This document shows positions 62,211 to 64,000 of a stretch of DNA of 64,000 bases, piece by piece (the first letter of the stretch is position 1; every line of letters begins with the position of its first letter). Source of the DNA: Rhodothermales bacterium (lineage in GTDB: Bacteria > Bacteroidota > Rhodothermia > Rhodothermales > JANQRZ01); assembly GCA_965215165.1 (NCBI GenBank), contig CBDCCX010000006.1, forward strand, positions 2,286,959 to 2,350,958. Direction: 5' to 3'. Position numbers and translations under genes: made by a program. The notes under the pieces were generated by a model. The model was not told where the DNA came from. It saw only the letters and a list, made by a program, of their open reading frames with translations, and made no database searches.

Positions 62211-64000
62211 ATGCCCCGACTCCTTCGCGCACTCGGCCTCCTCGGCGTCGCCTTTCTGCTGCTCTCGCCCGGCGCGCTCGCCCAAGGCAACGCCGGCCAG
62301 ATCGAGGGCCGCATCACGCAGCGCGGCGTCGGCGGCCCAATCCCCGGCGCGAGCGTCGTCGTCGACGGCACCGCGTTCGGGACGGCGACCGACCCCGACG
62401 GCACGTTCAGCCTCCGCCTCCCGACCGGCGACTGGGTGATCAAGGTCTCCGCGATCGGTTTCCAGGCACAGTCCAGGTCGATGACCGTGAGCAAGGGCCA
62501 GACGGTGCGGCTCGACCTCGCCCTCGAAGAGACCGACATCCAGATGGAGGGCGTCGAGGTGACTGAGGAGTCGGTGGCCGAGGACGCGGGCGTCTACACG
62601 CTCGACCCGCGGACGGCGCAGGACATCCCGAGCCCGCTCAACGACGGCTTGCGGGCGATCAAGGTGCTGCCCGGCGTGACGAGCAACAACGAGACTTCGT
62701 ACCAATACAGTGTGCGCGGCGGCGGCTACAACGAGAACCTGTACTACCTCGACGGCTTCGAGGTCTACACCCCGTTCCGCACCAAGCAGGGCGAGCAGGA
62801 GGGGCTCGGGATCGTCAACCTCGACCTGACCGACCGGCTGACGCTCTACGCCGGCGGCTTCCCGGCGCGCTACGGCGGCAAGCTCTCCTCGGCGCTCGAC
62901 GTGGCCTACAGCCGGCCGGACCGGGACGGCGTTGAGGGCGGGGCCTACGCCTCGACACTCGACGCGGGGGGCCACCTCAAGGTCGGGCTGCTCGGCGGCA
63001 AGCTCGGGATCGCGCTTGCGGGCCGGAGCGCGCGGCCGCAGAGCTTCTTCGGGACGCAGGAGCTCAAGGGCGAGTACGACCCCGAGTTCGCCGACGCCCA
63101 GGGCACGGTCACCTACCGCATCGCCGACGGGCACGAGATCCAAGGCCTCGGGCTCTACCTTAACCACCGCTTCCGCCTGGTCCCGACGAGCCGGCGGACG
63201 TTCTTCGGGACGTTCCAGGACCTGCGCAGCGTCACCTTCGGCTTCAACGGGCTCGAGGAGGACGGCTACACGCTCGGCTTCGGCGGCCTCCGCCTGGTCA
63301 ACCGTCTCTCGTCCAAGCTCCGGGTCGAGCACGACGTGTCGTACTTCGACGTCGAGGAGTACGAGACGCTCGACATCTCCGGGCAGGTCGCCATCTTCGA
63401 CATCCTGAACCCGTTCGAGGACCCGGACGACTCAGAGAACCTGATCCAGACCGGGGCCGCGAGCCAGCGCGACGTGGCCGACAACAACGTCCGCGTCACC
63501 ACGCTCTCCGGCGGCGGGCGCTACCGCCTGAGCGCCGGCCGCCACGCCGCCGAGGCCGGCTGGACCGCCCGCCGCTTCGACTTTAGCGACCGCCTCTTCG
63601 AGGAGAGCACCGTCGCCGGCCGCCAGCAGAACGGCAACCCCGAGCCGGTCGCGCTCGCCAGCATCGACGAGACGAGCGCCTTCAGCGAGGCCCAGTACGG
63701 GGCCTACCTCCAGGACGCCGTGGACGTGTTCCCGCAGCGCGGCCGGCTGATCGTCACCGGCGGGGTACGCGGCGACTACTTCACGTTCAACGACGAGCTC
63801 ACGATCGGCCCGCGCCTCTCGGCCCGCTACGTGTGGGACGAGCTGACGACCGTGACCGCCGCCGCCGGCGTCTACCACCAGGCCCCGACCTACCGCGAGC
63901 TGCGCGGCGAGCCGATCTACGCCGTCTCCAGCGACGACGACCGCGCGGTCACCTTCAACCGCGACATCAAGAGCCAGCGCGCGCTCCAGTTCATCGCCGG
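62211..64000 (+). CDS. TonB-dependent receptor with N-terminal carboxypeptidase-regulatory-like domain (partial; runs off the right edge)
   Basis: Own translation from ATG 62211: MPRLLRALGLLGVAFLLLSPGALAQGNAGQIEGRITQRGVGGPIPGASVVVDGTAFGTATDPDGTFSLRLPTGDWVIKVSAIGFQ... (CarboxypepD_reg), then the plug region ...LRAIKVLPGV...SVRGGGYNENLYYLDGFEVY. Absent from the ORF track because it has no stop in the window. Confidence 0.8.
   Translation, partial: MPRLLRALGLLGVAFLLLSPGALAQGNAGQIEGRITQRGVGGPIPGASVVVDGTAFGTATDPDGTFSLRLPTGDWVIKVSAIGFQAQSRSMTVSKGQTVRLDLALEETDIQMEGVEVTEESVAEDAGVYTLDPRTAQDIPSPLNDGLRAIKVLPGVTSNNETSYQYSVRGGGYNENLYYLDGFEVYTPFRTKQGEQEGLGIVNLDLTDRLTLYAGGFPARYGGKLSSALDVAYSRPDRDGVEGGAYASTLDAGGHLKVGLLGGKLGIALAGRSARPQSFFGTQELKGEYDPEFADAQGTVTYRIADGHEIQGLGLYLNHRFRLVPTSRRTFFGTFQDLRSVTFGFNGLEEDGYTLGFGGLRLVNRLSSKLRVEHDVSYFDVEEYETLDISGQVAIFDILNPFEDPDDSENLIQTGAASQRDVADNNVRVTTLSGGGRYRLSAGRHAAEAGWTARRFDFSDRLFEESTVAGRQQNGNPEPVALASIDETSAFSEAQYGAYLQDAVDVFPQRGRLIVTGGVRGDYFTFNDELTIGPRLSARYVWDELTTVTAAAGVYHQAPTYRELRGEPIYAVSSDDDRAVTFNRDIKSQRALQFIA

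Overview
This is a high-GC (about 70% by eye) bacterial chromosomal window. I support about 51 protein-coding genes and found no rRNA, tRNA, CRISPR array, transposase or integrase. Many of the long ORFs in the track are Arg/Ala/Pro/Gly-rich antisense or off-frame artefacts of the GC content, and I did not call them.

**Housekeeping content**
- Fe-S cluster assembly: sufB-sufC-sufD-sufT-sufS, with a divergent HesB/IscA-type gene.
- Translation and biosynthesis: hemW, argS, proS, pyrD, tsaD and a short prephenate-dehydratase-like gene.
- Cell wall: mrdA-rodA and mltG.

**Accessory content**
- Twelve secreted proteins end in a type-IX-secretion (T9SS) C-terminal sorting domain (...FPNPA...LDALGR.V..L...AG.Y.VRL....T.T.R.TVVR). 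These include three copies of an uncharacterised ~450-590 aa family, two FG-GAP/VCBS proteins, two tandem HAF-repeat proteins and two copies of a ~310 aa family.
- A membrane-tethered winged-helix + beta-propeller regulator sits between two cargo blocks.
- Taxonomy (inference): the T9SS domains, the CarboxypepD_reg-type TonB receptor and TAnnTTTG-like boxes suggest a Bacteroidota/Rhodothermota-type organism.

**Most interesting items**
1. A co-directional cluster of a NurA nuclease, a small ATPase-less HerA-HAS-barrel-like protein and a compositionally foreign (about 53% GC) TIR::beta-helix fusion. It lies next to a DUF6364/PIN toxin-antitoxin pair whose toxin is frameshifted. This is a candidate defence islet or novel module.
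2. A three-gene envelope operon: a lipoprotein with an extreme Tyr-rich, tandem QPDRT and Arg/Ser-rich low-complexity region, followed by a FadL/PorV-like beta-barrel and a small lipoprotein.
3. Several families of low-GC, hairpin-forming intergenic elements. These include an exact 16-mer shared by two 5' leaders, 28-nt GTAGGGGCG...CGCCCCTAC palindromes at three suf junctions, and a possible structured RNA at 7.69-7.85 kb.

All functional calls rest on my own recognition of motifs in the translations. No database search was run.
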